Origin: an uncultured delta proteobacterium
GTDB lineage: Bacteria > Desulfobacterota > Binatia > Binatales > Binataceae
Length of the DNA: 64,000 nt
Direction of reading: 5' to 3'
NCBI GenBank assembly: GCA_963808235.1
Contig: CAWEEQ010000004.1
Coordinates: forward strand, 3,232,001-3,296,000
Under the pieces are notes generated by a model. The model saw nothing but the letters and a program-made list of their open reading frames with translations, did not search any database and was not told the origin of the DNA. This document shows positions 41,111 to 50,555 of the stretch, piece after piece. A program made the translations under genes and the position numbers. Within the stretch, counting starts at the first letter, position 1; every line of letters starts with the position of its first letter.

Positions 41111-42832
41111 TCAATCGGCCTTGAATTGCATCCACTCCGGTTTGTACAACCCCCACACCGTGGGCTGATAGTTTTCGAGCGAGTTCTTCCACGAGGAGTA
41201 GCGCTGTTGGCGCACGGTTTCGATTATCGGGAGCTGATCGTGAAGAATCTGCTGAATCTTCCAGTAGTAGGGCGGGCGCTTGCTGATATCCATTTCGGAC
41301 GCGCCTTGATCGAGCAGCGTATCGATCTCGCCCTCCCACGGCGTCGCCGGAGCCGGCTGATTCGGATTCCAGATATGGAGATTGCCCGACGAGCGATAGA
41401 AGTTCGCGCCGTCGTTGGGCTCGATTCCGCCGGTGAATCCGATCAGTACGCAGTCCCAATCGAACGACGAATCGAGCTTGTCGACCAGGGTCGTAAATTC
41501 GAGCGGCCGATAATTCACCTTGATCCCCAGGCTCTCAACGTCCTGCTTGAAGATCGTGCATATCTCGTTGCGCTCGGGCGTGCCGGTATTGGTCGTCAGA
41601 TCGAACTCGAGGCGATTGCCCTTCGAGTCGGTGCGCACCCCGGGCTTCAGCAGATGATATCCCGCCGCTTCGAGCATGTCGGCGGCGAGCTTTGGATCGT
41701 ATTCGTAATCCTTGAGATTGGGATTGTGGAAGAGTTTATTTTCCGGCGAAATATCCGCGACTGCCGGCACCGCCAGCCCGTGGAAAACCAGATTGATCAT
41801 CGCGTTCTTGTCCACCATGTGCGCCATCGCCTGCAGGAATTTGAGATCCGTGAACCAGTTGAGTTTGGGATTGGTCACTCCGTTCTTAACGAAGCGGCGC
41901 GGGTTGCGGTTGAAAGAGAAGAACAGCGACCCGGTGTCGATACCGATATTCTTAACCGTGATATCGAGTTCTTTGCTCTTTGCCTTATCTTCCAGCGAGG
42001 GAACCTCTTCCGGACGCGGACCGTAAACGTCGATCTGCCCCGACAGGTAGCGCAGATACGCCGCGTTCTGGTCCTGCACGATCGTCACGGATTGCCCATG
42101 CAGACGCGGCAATTGCGCTCCTTGCTCGTCTTTCATGAAATAGTCGTTGTTCCGATCGTACTGCACGACCTGGCTCTGCGCGTATCGCGTCATGTGATAT
42201 GGCCCGTCGCCGATCAATTTGTCCGGAGGCGTATCGATTCCCCAGGTGTGATTGAAATTTCCCGATTTCCACACCGGCTCGAGGATATGCGCCGGCATCA
42301 CCGGGATTCCGATCGAGTAGAAAAGCGGAGCAAACGGCTTCGGCACATGCATCACGACCGTGTAGTCGTCAGGCGCCTCCGCGATGATCCGTTTGTGGTC
42401 GACAGTCAGCGTCGGACGAATACTATTGGGCACTTTGGGATCGTAGATGACGTCGAGGGTGAACAGCACGTCGTGCGCGGTCATCGGCTGGCCGTCAAAC
42501 CATTTAACGTCGTGGCGGAGGTGAAAGGTGATCGTCTTGTTGTCCGGCGCGACCTCCCACTTCTCGGCCAAGCCGGACTCCGGCAACGTGGTCTTCGGGT
42601 TCACCCGGATCAGACTCTCGAACAGGTCGCTCGTGAGCTGCCCCGAAGTCGCATCGGTGATCAGAATCGGATTGAAGGTACGCGGATCGCTTGCGGTTGC
42701 GGTGTAAAGGATTTGACTCGCTTCGTGATCCTTGCCGGACCGATTCACCCGGCATCCGAGCACCAGCGTCACCGCCGCGAAAACGAATGCCAACAGGAGC
42801 GCGGATCGCATCACGGATCTCTCAGCTCTCAC
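41111..42832 (-). CDS. family-5 ABC substrate-binding lipoprotein (OppA-like)
   Basis: Lipobox VLGC; LAEKWEV..TFHLR..VKWFDGQPMTAHDV, GDGPY. Confidence 0.9.
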   Translation of the reverse strand: MRAERSVMRSALLLAFVFAAVTLVLGCRVNRSGKDHEASQILYTATASDPRTFNPILITDATSGQLTSDLFESLIRVNPKTTLPESGLAEKWEVAPDNKTITFHLRHDVKWFDGQPMTAHDVLFTLDVIYDPKVPNSIRPTLTVDHKRIIAEAPDDYTVVMHVPKPFAPLFYSIGIPVMPAHILEPVWKSGNFNHTWGIDTPPDKLIGDGPYHMTRYAQSQVVQYDRNNDYFMKDEQGAQLPRLHGQSVTIVQDQNAAYLRYLSGQIDVYGPRPEEVPSLEDKAKSKELDITVKNIGIDTGSLFFSFNRNPRRFVKNGVTNPKLNWFTDLKFLQAMAHMVDKNAMINLVFHGLAVPAVADISPENKLFHNPNLKDYEYDPKLAADMLEAAGYHLLKPGVRTDSKGNRLEFDLTTNTGTPERNEICTIFKQDVESLGIKVNYRPLEFTTLVDKLDSSFDWDCVLIGFTGGIEPNDGANFYRSSGNLHIWNPNQPAPATPWEGEIDTLLDQGASEMDISKRPPYYWKIQQILHDQLPIIETVRQQRYSSWKNSLENYQPTVWGLYKPEWMQFKAD

Positions 42833-43709
42833 CGTGACGGAACGCCCCTACGTCCAGGCTCAGATTCATCAGAGTCGCTCCAGGAGCGGGTGTCAGCACG
42901 AACGTCGAATTGGGAACATCGCCATTGACGATCGGCCTCGTGTATCGAAACGTGACATGACTTTGTGCGGTTGGAAAATCCGCGTCGACGACGTACGGAA
43001 ACATCACTCCGCCGATATCATGATAGTCGCTGTAACGCACGTCGTAGTTGACCCGGCCGTCGGACCCCGTCTCGCGCACCATCGCGAGCTGCCCGTTCGC
43101 AAATCCAAGCTGACGGGTCCCCGACGGAGGCAGAATGTAGGTCGCAACCATCATCTGGCCGTCACTCGATGTCGAGTCAGGGATCATTCCGGATATGAAG
43201 TCGCGCGGCGCAAGTCCCATCAACAAACCCACCGCGTCCGCCGGAGCCATCGGAATTCGCACGTACTTGTAGAGCGTAGCCGCGTTCGCCGCGCCGCGCA
43301 TGAAACGATTCTGCCCCGGCTCGAAGATGGCGAGATCATCGCCCTGCGCCGCGAGCAGCAGCGCGACTCCGAGTGGCGACCGCGCCTCGACGCGCAAGCT
43401 GTTCGGCCGCGCCACGACGATGTCTTCCCGCGCCTTCAGATGCTGGCCAGGGGCGGTGTATTCCATGATTGCCGGCGTCTGCATCGAGGCGAGCGCTCGG
43501 TCGCGCTCGGCCAGCGCCGCAGTCAATTTCTGCACCTGGTATTTTCCGGCGTCCCATCCCGGAATCGGCGTCTCGGCGTCGGGTCCCTTGGGATAAGTAA
43601 CAACGCACGCCGAAAGACCAAGCATCGCGACCGCCAGCATCGATGCCAGCGCCGCATGCGAGATTCTTTGACGGCGGCGGAGTCGCTCAGTGCCCGGCGC
43701 TGGCGGCAT
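42822..43709 (-). CDS. LolB/DUF4292-like lipoprotein
   Basis: Lipobox LSAC; RPNSLRVEARSPLG, YSDY..IGGVMFP; follows a TPR lipoprotein. Start uncertain. Confidence 0.6.
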   Translation of the reverse strand: MPPAPGTERLRRRQRISHAALASMLAVAMLGLSACVVTYPKGPDAETPIPGWDAGKYQVQKLTAALAERDRALASMQTPAIMEYTAPGQHLKAREDIVVARPNSLRVEARSPLGVALLLAAQGDDLAIFEPGQNRFMRGAANAATLYKYVRIPMAPADAVGLLMGLAPRDFISGMIPDSTSSDGQMMVATYILPPSGTRQLGFANGQLAMVRETGSDGRVNYDVRYSDYHDIGGVMFPYVVDADFPTAQSHVTFRYTRPIVNGDVPNSTFVLTPAPGATLMNLSLDVGAFRHGES

Positions 43710-45471
43710 TCTGCAGGACCTGGATTTTATCCTTGAGCCGCGCAACCTGGTCGGTTTCCTGCGCCTTCTTCAGCGCGTCGGTGTACTCATTTTTCGCTTC
43801 CCCGACCTTGCCCAGCCTGCGATACGCATCGCCAAGATGCTCCGTAATCGTGGGGTCGCTGCCGGTCAGATTGACCGCGCGTTCCAACTGCTCGACGGCG
43901 CGCTTGTAGTCGCCCTGCTGATAGTAAACCCATCCGAGGCTGTCGACGTAGAATCCGTCTTCGGGCTCGATATCGAGGGCCCGCTTGATCAGCTTCTCCG
44001 CTTCGGGGAGATTGGTGCCCTTCTCTGCGTAGCTGTAGCCGAGGTAGTTGAGCGCCTGCGCGTTGGAAGGATTCAGCTCGATCGCCTTCTTCATCTCCAC
44101 CATGCCGTCGTCGCGCTGCTTGTTCTGATCGAGCGCGGCGCCGAGGGTGAAGTGAAACTTGTCGTTCTTGGGGTCGGCCGCGACCATTTTTCGCGCAAGT
44201 TCAATCGCCGCCGGGAAGTCCTTCTTTTCCTGGTACACGCCGACCATGAAGCCCTCGATCTCCGGATCGTTGGGCTTCTTCGCGAGTGCTTCCTTCAGCG
44301 CACTGAGCGCCTCATCGTACTTGTTCTGCTTGTCGTACAGATAGGCGAGCTGCTCGCGCGATTCCACGTAGTGCTCGTCGTCGTTCGGAATCTTGTTGAA
44401 CTCGGCAATCGCCTTCTCGCTCTCGCTGAGCTCCGTGTACACCGTGCCGAGATAGTAATGCACCCGGTAGTTCTTCGGCTCCGAGCCGAGCACGAGGTTG
44501 AACTCGGTTGCGGCATCGTCGAAATTTCCCTGCTCGACGTACAGCAGCCCGATTTTGGTCCGCGTGTCGGCGGGATTGGTCTCAACCTGCTCGACGCGCT
44601 TGAGCTCGTCGAGCGCCTGTTCATATTTTTTCTGACCGACCAGGATTTCGGCCTTGCGCTTTCGGACCAGCTCGTTGTTCGGATTGATCTGGGTGATTTT
44701 GTTGTAATAGACGAGCGCGTCCTGCGGGCGCTCCTGGCGCTCGCGGAGCAGCGCAAAGTCGAGCAGCACCAGTTCCGACTGCGGATTCAGATCGAGCGCC
44801 TTCTGATAATATTTTTCCGCCGCAGCGTAATTCTTCGACGCCACCATCACCTTGCCGGCGTAGTAGTAGCCAAGGAAGGAATTCGGATCGAGCTTGATCA
44901 GCTGCTGAAAAGTTTTCTCCGCTTCGCCGTAATCGTTGCGCTTGGCGTAGAGCGTTCCGAGATAGAGGTACGCTTCCTGGTTTTTCGGATTGAGGCGGAG
45001 CACTTCCGTGTAATCTTTCTCCGCCGCGGTGTCATCGCCGAGCGCCGTGCTGATTCCCGCGCCGAGCAGGCGCGCGTCGGCGGAATCGGGATTGATCGCA
45101 AGCGCCTGGTTCACCAGATCGAGCGCCTCCTTGAGCCGCCCGTCGCGCACGTACAGAGTCGCCAGGCGAACCTTCAGCGCCGCGTTGCCCGGATCGTACT
45201 GGGCCGCCTCGGCGTAGTCCTTCAGCGCCTCTCCGCGATCGCCCTCATTCATGGCGAACTCGGCCTTCAGGAACGCGCTCATCGCGCGCGCGTCGGAGGG
45301 AATTTCCACCGCCGGCGCGCCGCCGAAAGGATTGTCGCCCCCGACGCTTACGGTGCGAATCGGTTCGGGCTTCGCACTGGTGATTCGACTGCAGCCGACA
45401 AACGCGATCGACGCGGTCGCCAGCGCCACGCCTTCGAGCGCGATCAACGCGCGTTTAGTGAAACAATTCAT
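43687..45471 (-). CDS. TPR-repeat lipoprotein (LbcA-like)
   Basis: Lipobox FVGC; many TPR units; ALNYLGYSYA, DSLGWVYY, EHLGDAY. Confidence 0.88.
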   Translation of the reverse strand: MNCFTKRALIALEGVALATASIAFVGCSRITSAKPEPIRTVSVGGDNPFGGAPAVEIPSDARAMSAFLKAEFAMNEGDRGEALKDYAEAAQYDPGNAALKVRLATLYVRDGRLKEALDLVNQALAINPDSADARLLGAGISTALGDDTAAEKDYTEVLRLNPKNQEAYLYLGTLYAKRNDYGEAEKTFQQLIKLDPNSFLGYYYAGKVMVASKNYAAAEKYYQKALDLNPQSELVLLDFALLRERQERPQDALVYYNKITQINPNNELVRKRKAEILVGQKKYEQALDELKRVEQVETNPADTRTKIGLLYVEQGNFDDAATEFNLVLGSEPKNYRVHYYLGTVYTELSESEKAIAEFNKIPNDDEHYVESREQLAYLYDKQNKYDEALSALKEALAKKPNDPEIEGFMVGVYQEKKDFPAAIELARKMVAADPKNDKFHFTLGAALDQNKQRDDGMVEMKKAIELNPSNAQALNYLGYSYAEKGTNLPEAEKLIKRALDIEPEDGFYVDSLGWVYYQQGDYKRAVEQLERAVNLTGSDPTITEHLGDAYRRLGKVGEAKNEYTDALKKAQETDQVARLKDKIQVLQNAASAGH

Positions 45472-45734
45472 CGTGAAAAGGGATTCCTGCGAAACTTATC
45501 GATTAGAAGTAACATCTACCGCTAACATCACGCTATCCGGATCGTCAACATCGGATCGTCAAGATCAGACGTTGCGCGCCATCATACGGATACAACCAAC
45601 GCCCGGGCTTTCCCTACATTATAAGATTTCCGCACTCGGATGCGACTGGGTAACTACTCGTCGCGAGCGGACCGCAGCTTGCCACCGCCCATCGCCTCCG
45701 ATAGAGCCGGAGTCTGCGCCCTCTGGACGAAATC

Positions 45735-47108
45735 GTGGAACCAGCAACCGCCAGCACTCGAGTCGCGCGCCCCGATGCGCGCAAGCTCGGCCTGATCCCG
45801 CTTGTATGCGTGATGTATCTGGTTGTGAGCGGCGGCGCGTACGGCCTCGAGGATGCGGTCCGGATGGCGGGTCCGCGCCTCACGATACTGCTATGCCTCA
45901 TCGTGCCGATAACGCTCAGCCTCCCGACCGCTCTGATGGCCGCGGAGCTCACCGCGCTGATGCCGGTGGAGGGCGGCTTTTACTTCTGGGTCAAAGAAGC
46001 GCTCGGACCTTTTGCCGGTTTCGCAGAGGCGTACCTGACCATCCTCTACACCGCCGTGGACATGGCGATTTATCCGGTGCTGTTCGCCGGCTACCTGTCA
46101 TTCCTCGTCCCGCTCGGACCGCTGGCGCAAGTCGCAATCGGTATCACGCTGGTATGGTGCGCGGGTGGGCTTAATTTTCTCGGCGTGCGGCCGGTCGGGA
46201 TGACCTCGATTGTGCTCAGTGCAATTCTGATCGCGCCGTTCGCGGTTCTCGTGATCGCGGGATTTCCACACCTGGTCCACTTCAAAATGCCGACCCCGCC
46301 GCTCTTCGGCACCGATCCCGTGGGCGCGCTCGCCGCCGGTTTGACCGTGGTCATCTGGAATTTCGGCGGATGGGAAAACTTGAGCGTGGTCTCGGCCGAG
46401 ATCGAAAATCCGCGCCGCAACTATCTTCGCGCGATTCTGATCGCGCTACCGATCATCGTCGCCGGATACCTTCTCCCGCTCGCAGTCTCGGTCTCCGGCT
46501 CGGCCAGTGCCTCGGGATGGGGAATCGGATCGTTCTCGCGGGAGGGCTACCGAATCGGCGGCCCCCTCCTTGGCGCCGCGCTCGCAATTGGCGGCGCCGT
46601 GATGTCGTTCGCGGTGTTCGAAGCCGGGATGCTCTGGATATCGCGGATGCCGTTCATCCTGGCCCGCGAGCGCTACCTGCCGGCCTCGCTAACCAAGCTG
46701 TGGTCCGCGACCGTAACCCCCGGCAGATCGATCCTGCTCTGCTGCGTCGTCTTCACCCTGCTGGTCCCAGTGGGCTTCGTGGCCCTGGTGGTGCTCGACG
46801 TCTTCTTCTACATGGCAGCGCTGACATTGGAGATGGCGGCCCTGATCCGCCTGCGCCAAACGATGCCCGATCGAAAGGAACTCTTCACAATAGGAGGCGG
46901 CCGCGTCGGCCTGGCCCTGGCAGCTATCCTCCCAATCCTAACCTGGCTGGCAACGTTCGGCCTGGCAGTATCAAGCGGCGACGGCAAAACGGACTTCATC
47001 CTCGCAATCGCCCTCGGCGTCTGCGTATGGCCAGCCTATGCACTGTGCCGTCGCCATTACGGCGGGCCTCCACCGATCGATCCTCCGCCAACAACCATCA
47101 CCGCCTGA
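45735..47108 (+). CDS. APC-family amino acid/polyamine permease
   Basis: VSGGAYGLED, AELTALMP.EGGFYFWV, WNFGGWE, EIENPRRN; about 12 hydrophobic segments. Confidence 0.88.
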   Translation: MEPATASTRVARPDARKLGLIPLVCVMYLVVSGGAYGLEDAVRMAGPRLTILLCLIVPITLSLPTALMAAELTALMPVEGGFYFWVKEALGPFAGFAEAYLTILYTAVDMAIYPVLFAGYLSFLVPLGPLAQVAIGITLVWCAGGLNFLGVRPVGMTSIVLSAILIAPFAVLVIAGFPHLVHFKMPTPPLFGTDPVGALAAGLTVVIWNFGGWENLSVVSAEIENPRRNYLRAILIALPIIVAGYLLPLAVSVSGSASASGWGIGSFSREGYRIGGPLLGAALAIGGAVMSFAVFEAGMLWISRMPFILARERYLPASLTKLWSATVTPGRSILLCCVVFTLLVPVGFVALVVLDVFFYMAALTLEMAALIRLRQTMPDRKELFTIGGGRVGLALAAILPILTWLATFGLAVSSGDGKTDFILAIALGVCVWPAYALCRRHYGGPPPIDPPPTTITA

Positions 47109-47221
47109 ACCCGGCTCCTTTCCCTCGCCGGCCGAGTGTTGACACCGAGGGTAGGTATTAAGTTGGGACGACTGTTCGCCTTCAAGCTATAATAGTTCTA
47201 TCCCACGCCAAGGAATCACCG

Positions 47222-48217
47222 ATGGGCCTCCTCGTGAACGGCAAATGGCGCGATGCCTGGTACGACACCGAAAATACCGACGGCCGGTTCGAGCGCCGTG
47301 AAGCTGGGTTCCGGAATTGGATCACTCCCGACGGCGTTTCGGGGCGCAGCGGCCGCGCCGGATTCAAAGCCGAGCCGGGCCGCTATCATCTCTATGTATC
47401 GCTGGCCTGCCCATGGGCGTGTCGCGCGCTGATATTTCGAAAACTCAAAAGACTCGAAAATATTATTTCGCTGTCGGTCGTTGACCCGTTTATGGGCGAG
47501 AACGGATGGTCTTTCTCGGCGCCCGATGGCTCGATCACTCCCGGATCGACGCGCGACGACATGATGGGCGCGCGTTTTCTCTATGAAATTTACCTGAAGG
47601 CGGAGCCTTCCTACACCGGACGCGTCACCGTCCCCGTGCTGTGGGACAAGCGCAAAAGCACCATCGTAAATAACGAATCGTCAGAGATAATCCGCATGCT
47701 TAACAGCGCTTTCGACGAATGGGCTGGCTCGAAACTCGACTACTATCCGGCGGATCTTAGCGACGAGATCGATCTCATCAACTCGGTCGTCTATGACAAC
47801 GTGAACAACGGCGTATACAAATGCGGCTTCGCCACTTCACAGGACGCTTACGACGAATCTTTCGATGCGCTTTTCAAGACCCTCGACGATCTCGAGGCGC
47901 GCCTTGCTCGCCAGCGCTACCTGGCCGGATCCCAGCTCACCGAAGCCGATTGGCGTTTGTTCACGACACTGGTCAGATTCGATTCCGTTTACTATGGGCA
48001 CTTCAAATGCAATCTGCGGCGCATAATCGACTACCCCAATCTATGGAACTACACCCGTGAACTCTTCCAGCTTCCCGGAGTCTCCGAGACGGTGAACCTG
48101 TTCCACATCAAGCGCCACTACTATGCAAGTCACGTAACCATAAATCCCACGCGCATCGTCCCAAAGGGCCCGGCAATAGATTTCACCATCCCCCACACCC
48201 GCGCGCGCGGCGCGTAG
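47222..48217 (+). CDS. yqjG: glutathionyl-hydroquinone reductase (YqjG/Xi-class GST)
   Basis: GRYHLYVSLACPWA, VTVPVLWD, VNNESSEII, NNGVYKCGFA, HIKRHYY. Confidence 0.92.
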   Translation: MGLLVNGKWRDAWYDTENTDGRFERREAGFRNWITPDGVSGRSGRAGFKAEPGRYHLYVSLACPWACRALIFRKLKRLENIISLSVVDPFMGENGWSFSAPDGSITPGSTRDDMMGARFLYEIYLKAEPSYTGRVTVPVLWDKRKSTIVNNESSEIIRMLNSAFDEWAGSKLDYYPADLSDEIDLINSVVYDNVNNGVYKCGFATSQDAYDESFDALFKTLDDLEARLARQRYLAGSQLTEADWRLFTTLVRFDSVYYGHFKCNLRRIIDYPNLWNYTRELFQLPGVSETVNLFHIKRHYYASHVTINPTRIVPKGPAIDFTIPHTRARGA

Positions 48218-48418
48218 TCCGCCACGCCCGAACCGAGCTCACCCTGTCGTCCCGAACGCAGCCGAGGGAGGTCTGCGAAGCGATTTCTTTCCGATCCGCG
48301 CCCCGCCACCGGTTGATACCTCTGCCTGAACCTGAATCGAAAGCAAACAGCAAGTTAACACGCGTTGCGTTGCCATTGCATTTCGTGTACATGATTTCGC
48401 CAGTCTCGGGGGGAAGCG

Positions 48419-49690
48419 TTGACCAGGCTCAGAACGATCTCGCGATGGATCTCTGTCTCGTGCATCCTCGCTAGCCTGGGTTTGGCTCGCCCGGCGTTCT
48501 GCCAGCCGACCCCAAGCGCAACGCTCACTCCGACCGCGACGATCACTCCGACGCCGACGCTCACGCCCACGCCGACCCCGACCGCCACACCGACACCGAC
48601 CGTGACGCCCACGCCAACCTGCGATCAGACTGCGAGATCTCCCAGGCCGATCCTGCCCGGGATCTCGGGTGGCAACGAATTAGACTTCGTCGGAGTCAAT
48701 GGAGTGCGCGAGTGCTTCGGAGGAACGCTTGGCTCTCTGGTCCAAGATTCAAGTGGCAAGGACTACTTCATCTTGAGTACTAATCGGGTTCTCGCGCGCG
48801 TTAACAAAGCCGCTCCGGGCGAACCTATCGTGCAGCCAGGGCGGCAGGACACCGCGTGTAGAACGGGCCCGCGCAACGTCATCGGCAAACTGACCGAGTT
48901 CGGCGCGATCGATTTTGCCCATGGTGCGGAAAACTTGGCCGATGTGGCGATCGCCGCAGTCAACTCCAAAAAAGTCTCCTTGACCATGGGTATCTTCAAT
49001 ATTGGTCCCGTTTCGGAGACGCCCATAAGCGTAGACCCGAACATAAACCCGGCAATCATCGGGCTGAATGTCCAGGAGATGGGCGCGGGAACTTGCCAAA
49101 CGCTGGCGGTGGTAAACGCCGTCAACGTAAACGTGACGACCAACTACGGTCACTTCCCGAAGCCCAAACTCGCAAACTTCGCAAAACAGATTCAGATCAC
49201 CTCGATGAACCCGTTCACGACGGACGACATAGGATCGCTCGTGGTGACCGGGCCGACCGACGTATCGTGTCCTCAGCCCGTTGGCCTTCTGTTTGCCATC
49301 GGCACTGTTAACGGTGTCGGCGTCGGCTTCGCGACTCCCGCCCAAGCCGTACTTGACCGCCTGAATAACCTGAAAAAAGGAACGGTCAGCGGCCTGCAAT
49401 TCGTAGGCTCATGCACCGCTGCGACGGTCGCTCCCGCCGCGCCCACCGTCAAGGGCTTCAGCGCTGAGACGATTCAGGCCGCCACCGATACCAGAGACCA
49501 TCACGTCGAGGAATTGATGAGCGTTCCCGGGGCCGTCGGGACTGGAGTCGGTTTCGGCGATACTCGCGACCAGCTCGCGATCATCGTCTATGTAAAACGA
49601 TTGACTTCAGAACAGCACAACACTGCTCTCAGCGAGATCGAAGGGATTCCCGTGGTGCTCAGAGAGACGGGAGAAATTGTCGCTTACTGA
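48419..49690 (+). CDS. exported trypsin-fold (Nal1-like) protein with degenerate catalytic triad
   Basis: Signal peptide, (TP)n linker, GTLG..ILSTNRVL, VQPG, DVAIA, DDIGSLVV, VGLLFA. Confidence 0.7.
   Translation: MTRLRTISRWISVSCILASLGLARPAFCQPTPSATLTPTATITPTPTLTPTPTPTATPTPTVTPTPTCDQTARSPRPILPGISGGNELDFVGVNGVRECFGGTLGSLVQDSSGKDYFILSTNRVLARVNKAAPGEPIVQPGRQDTACRTGPRNVIGKLTEFGAIDFAHGAENLADVAIAAVNSKKVSLTMGIFNIGPVSETPISVDPNINPAIIGLNVQEMGAGTCQTLAVVNAVNVNVTTNYGHFPKPKLANFAKQIQITSMNPFTTDDIGSLVVTGPTDVSCPQPVGLLFAIGTVNGVGVGFATPAQAVLDRLNNLKKGTVSGLQFVGSCTAATVAPAAPTVKGFSAETIQAATDTRDHHVEELMSVPGAVGTGVGFGDTRDQLAIIVYVKRLTSEQHNTALSEIEGIPVVLRETGEIVAY
48506..48620 (+). repeat. coding Thr-Pro repeat linker
   Basis: PTPSATLTPTATITPTPTLTPTPTPTATPTPTVTPTPT. 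Confidence 0.85.
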
Positions 49691-49816
49691 GGACAATTGA
49701 CCTGGCCCGATCGCGCGTCTGGCCCTCGCCGTCGCCATACCCGCTAGAGGATTACGAGCGCCTGTAGACAAACAGGCAAGGTGCGGATTTAATTCTGCGC
49801 ACCGGAGCGGACACCA

Positions 49817-50554
49817 ATGCGACGAAACCTCTCTTTTTCTAAAGCCCTTATAGTCATCTTCTTTTGGAGCGCCGGCGCTCTTGCGCAGACCGGACCTTCT
49901 CCGACATCCGCGTGCTTAAGCCAAACAACCAACCTCGGCCAGCTCAAGACCGCTCTATTGGATTACGAGAGATCTGGCGGCTACGAACGTGACATCAAAA
50001 CCACCGTCGATGGGGCCAAAACCTTTCTGGCGAAGCAATCCGCTCGAAAAGGGAACCTCGCGATCGTGCTCGACATCGACGAGACTTCGCTATCGAATTG
50101 GCCCGAGCTCAACGCGGACGATTTCGGATACTTCCGCACGGGACCCTGCAATCTATCGGCTGACGGGTCCGTTCAGGCGCCGTGCGGATGGAACCAATGG
50201 GTTGAACTGGCGAAGGCGCGACCAATCGAACCCACCCTCGAACTCTATCGTCAGGCGCGAGCACAGGGCCTGCACGTCTTCTTCATCACCGCTCGCAGCG
50301 AGTCTCAGCGCCTACCCACTGCAGCTAACCTTCGGGCCGCGGGTTACGAGGGATGGAGTAACGACGACCTCAAGATGAAACCCGACGACTTGCATCGACA
50401 GTCTGTAGCTCCCTTCAAAACCGATGCTAGGAGGAGGATCGCCGAACAAGGATATACCGTCGTGCTGAACATGGGCGATCAGGATAGCGACCTCACAGGA
50501 GGCTACGCCGAGCGAACTTTCAAACTCCCTAACCCGTTCTACTACATTCCCTGA
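49817..50554 (+). CDS. exported HAD-family acid phosphatase
   Basis: Signal peptide; VLDIDETSLSN, FFITAR, K, MGDQDSDL, KLPNPFY. Confidence 0.9.
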   Translation: MRRNLSFSKALIVIFFWSAGALAQTGPSPTSACLSQTTNLGQLKTALLDYERSGGYERDIKTTVDGAKTFLAKQSARKGNLAIVLDIDETSLSNWPELNADDFGYFRTGPCNLSADGSVQAPCGWNQWVELAKARPIEPTLELYRQARAQGLHVFFITARSESQRLPTAANLRAAGYEGWSNDDLKMKPDDLHRQSVAPFKTDARRRIAEQGYTVVLNMGDQDSDLTGGYAERTFKLPNPFYYIP

Positions 50555-50555
50555 C

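Noticed and set aside
41126-45525. Long plus-strand ORFs of 600 and 611 aa
   Set aside because: They are antisense shadows of the OppA-like and TPR genes, common in high-GC DNA, with no recognisable motifs.
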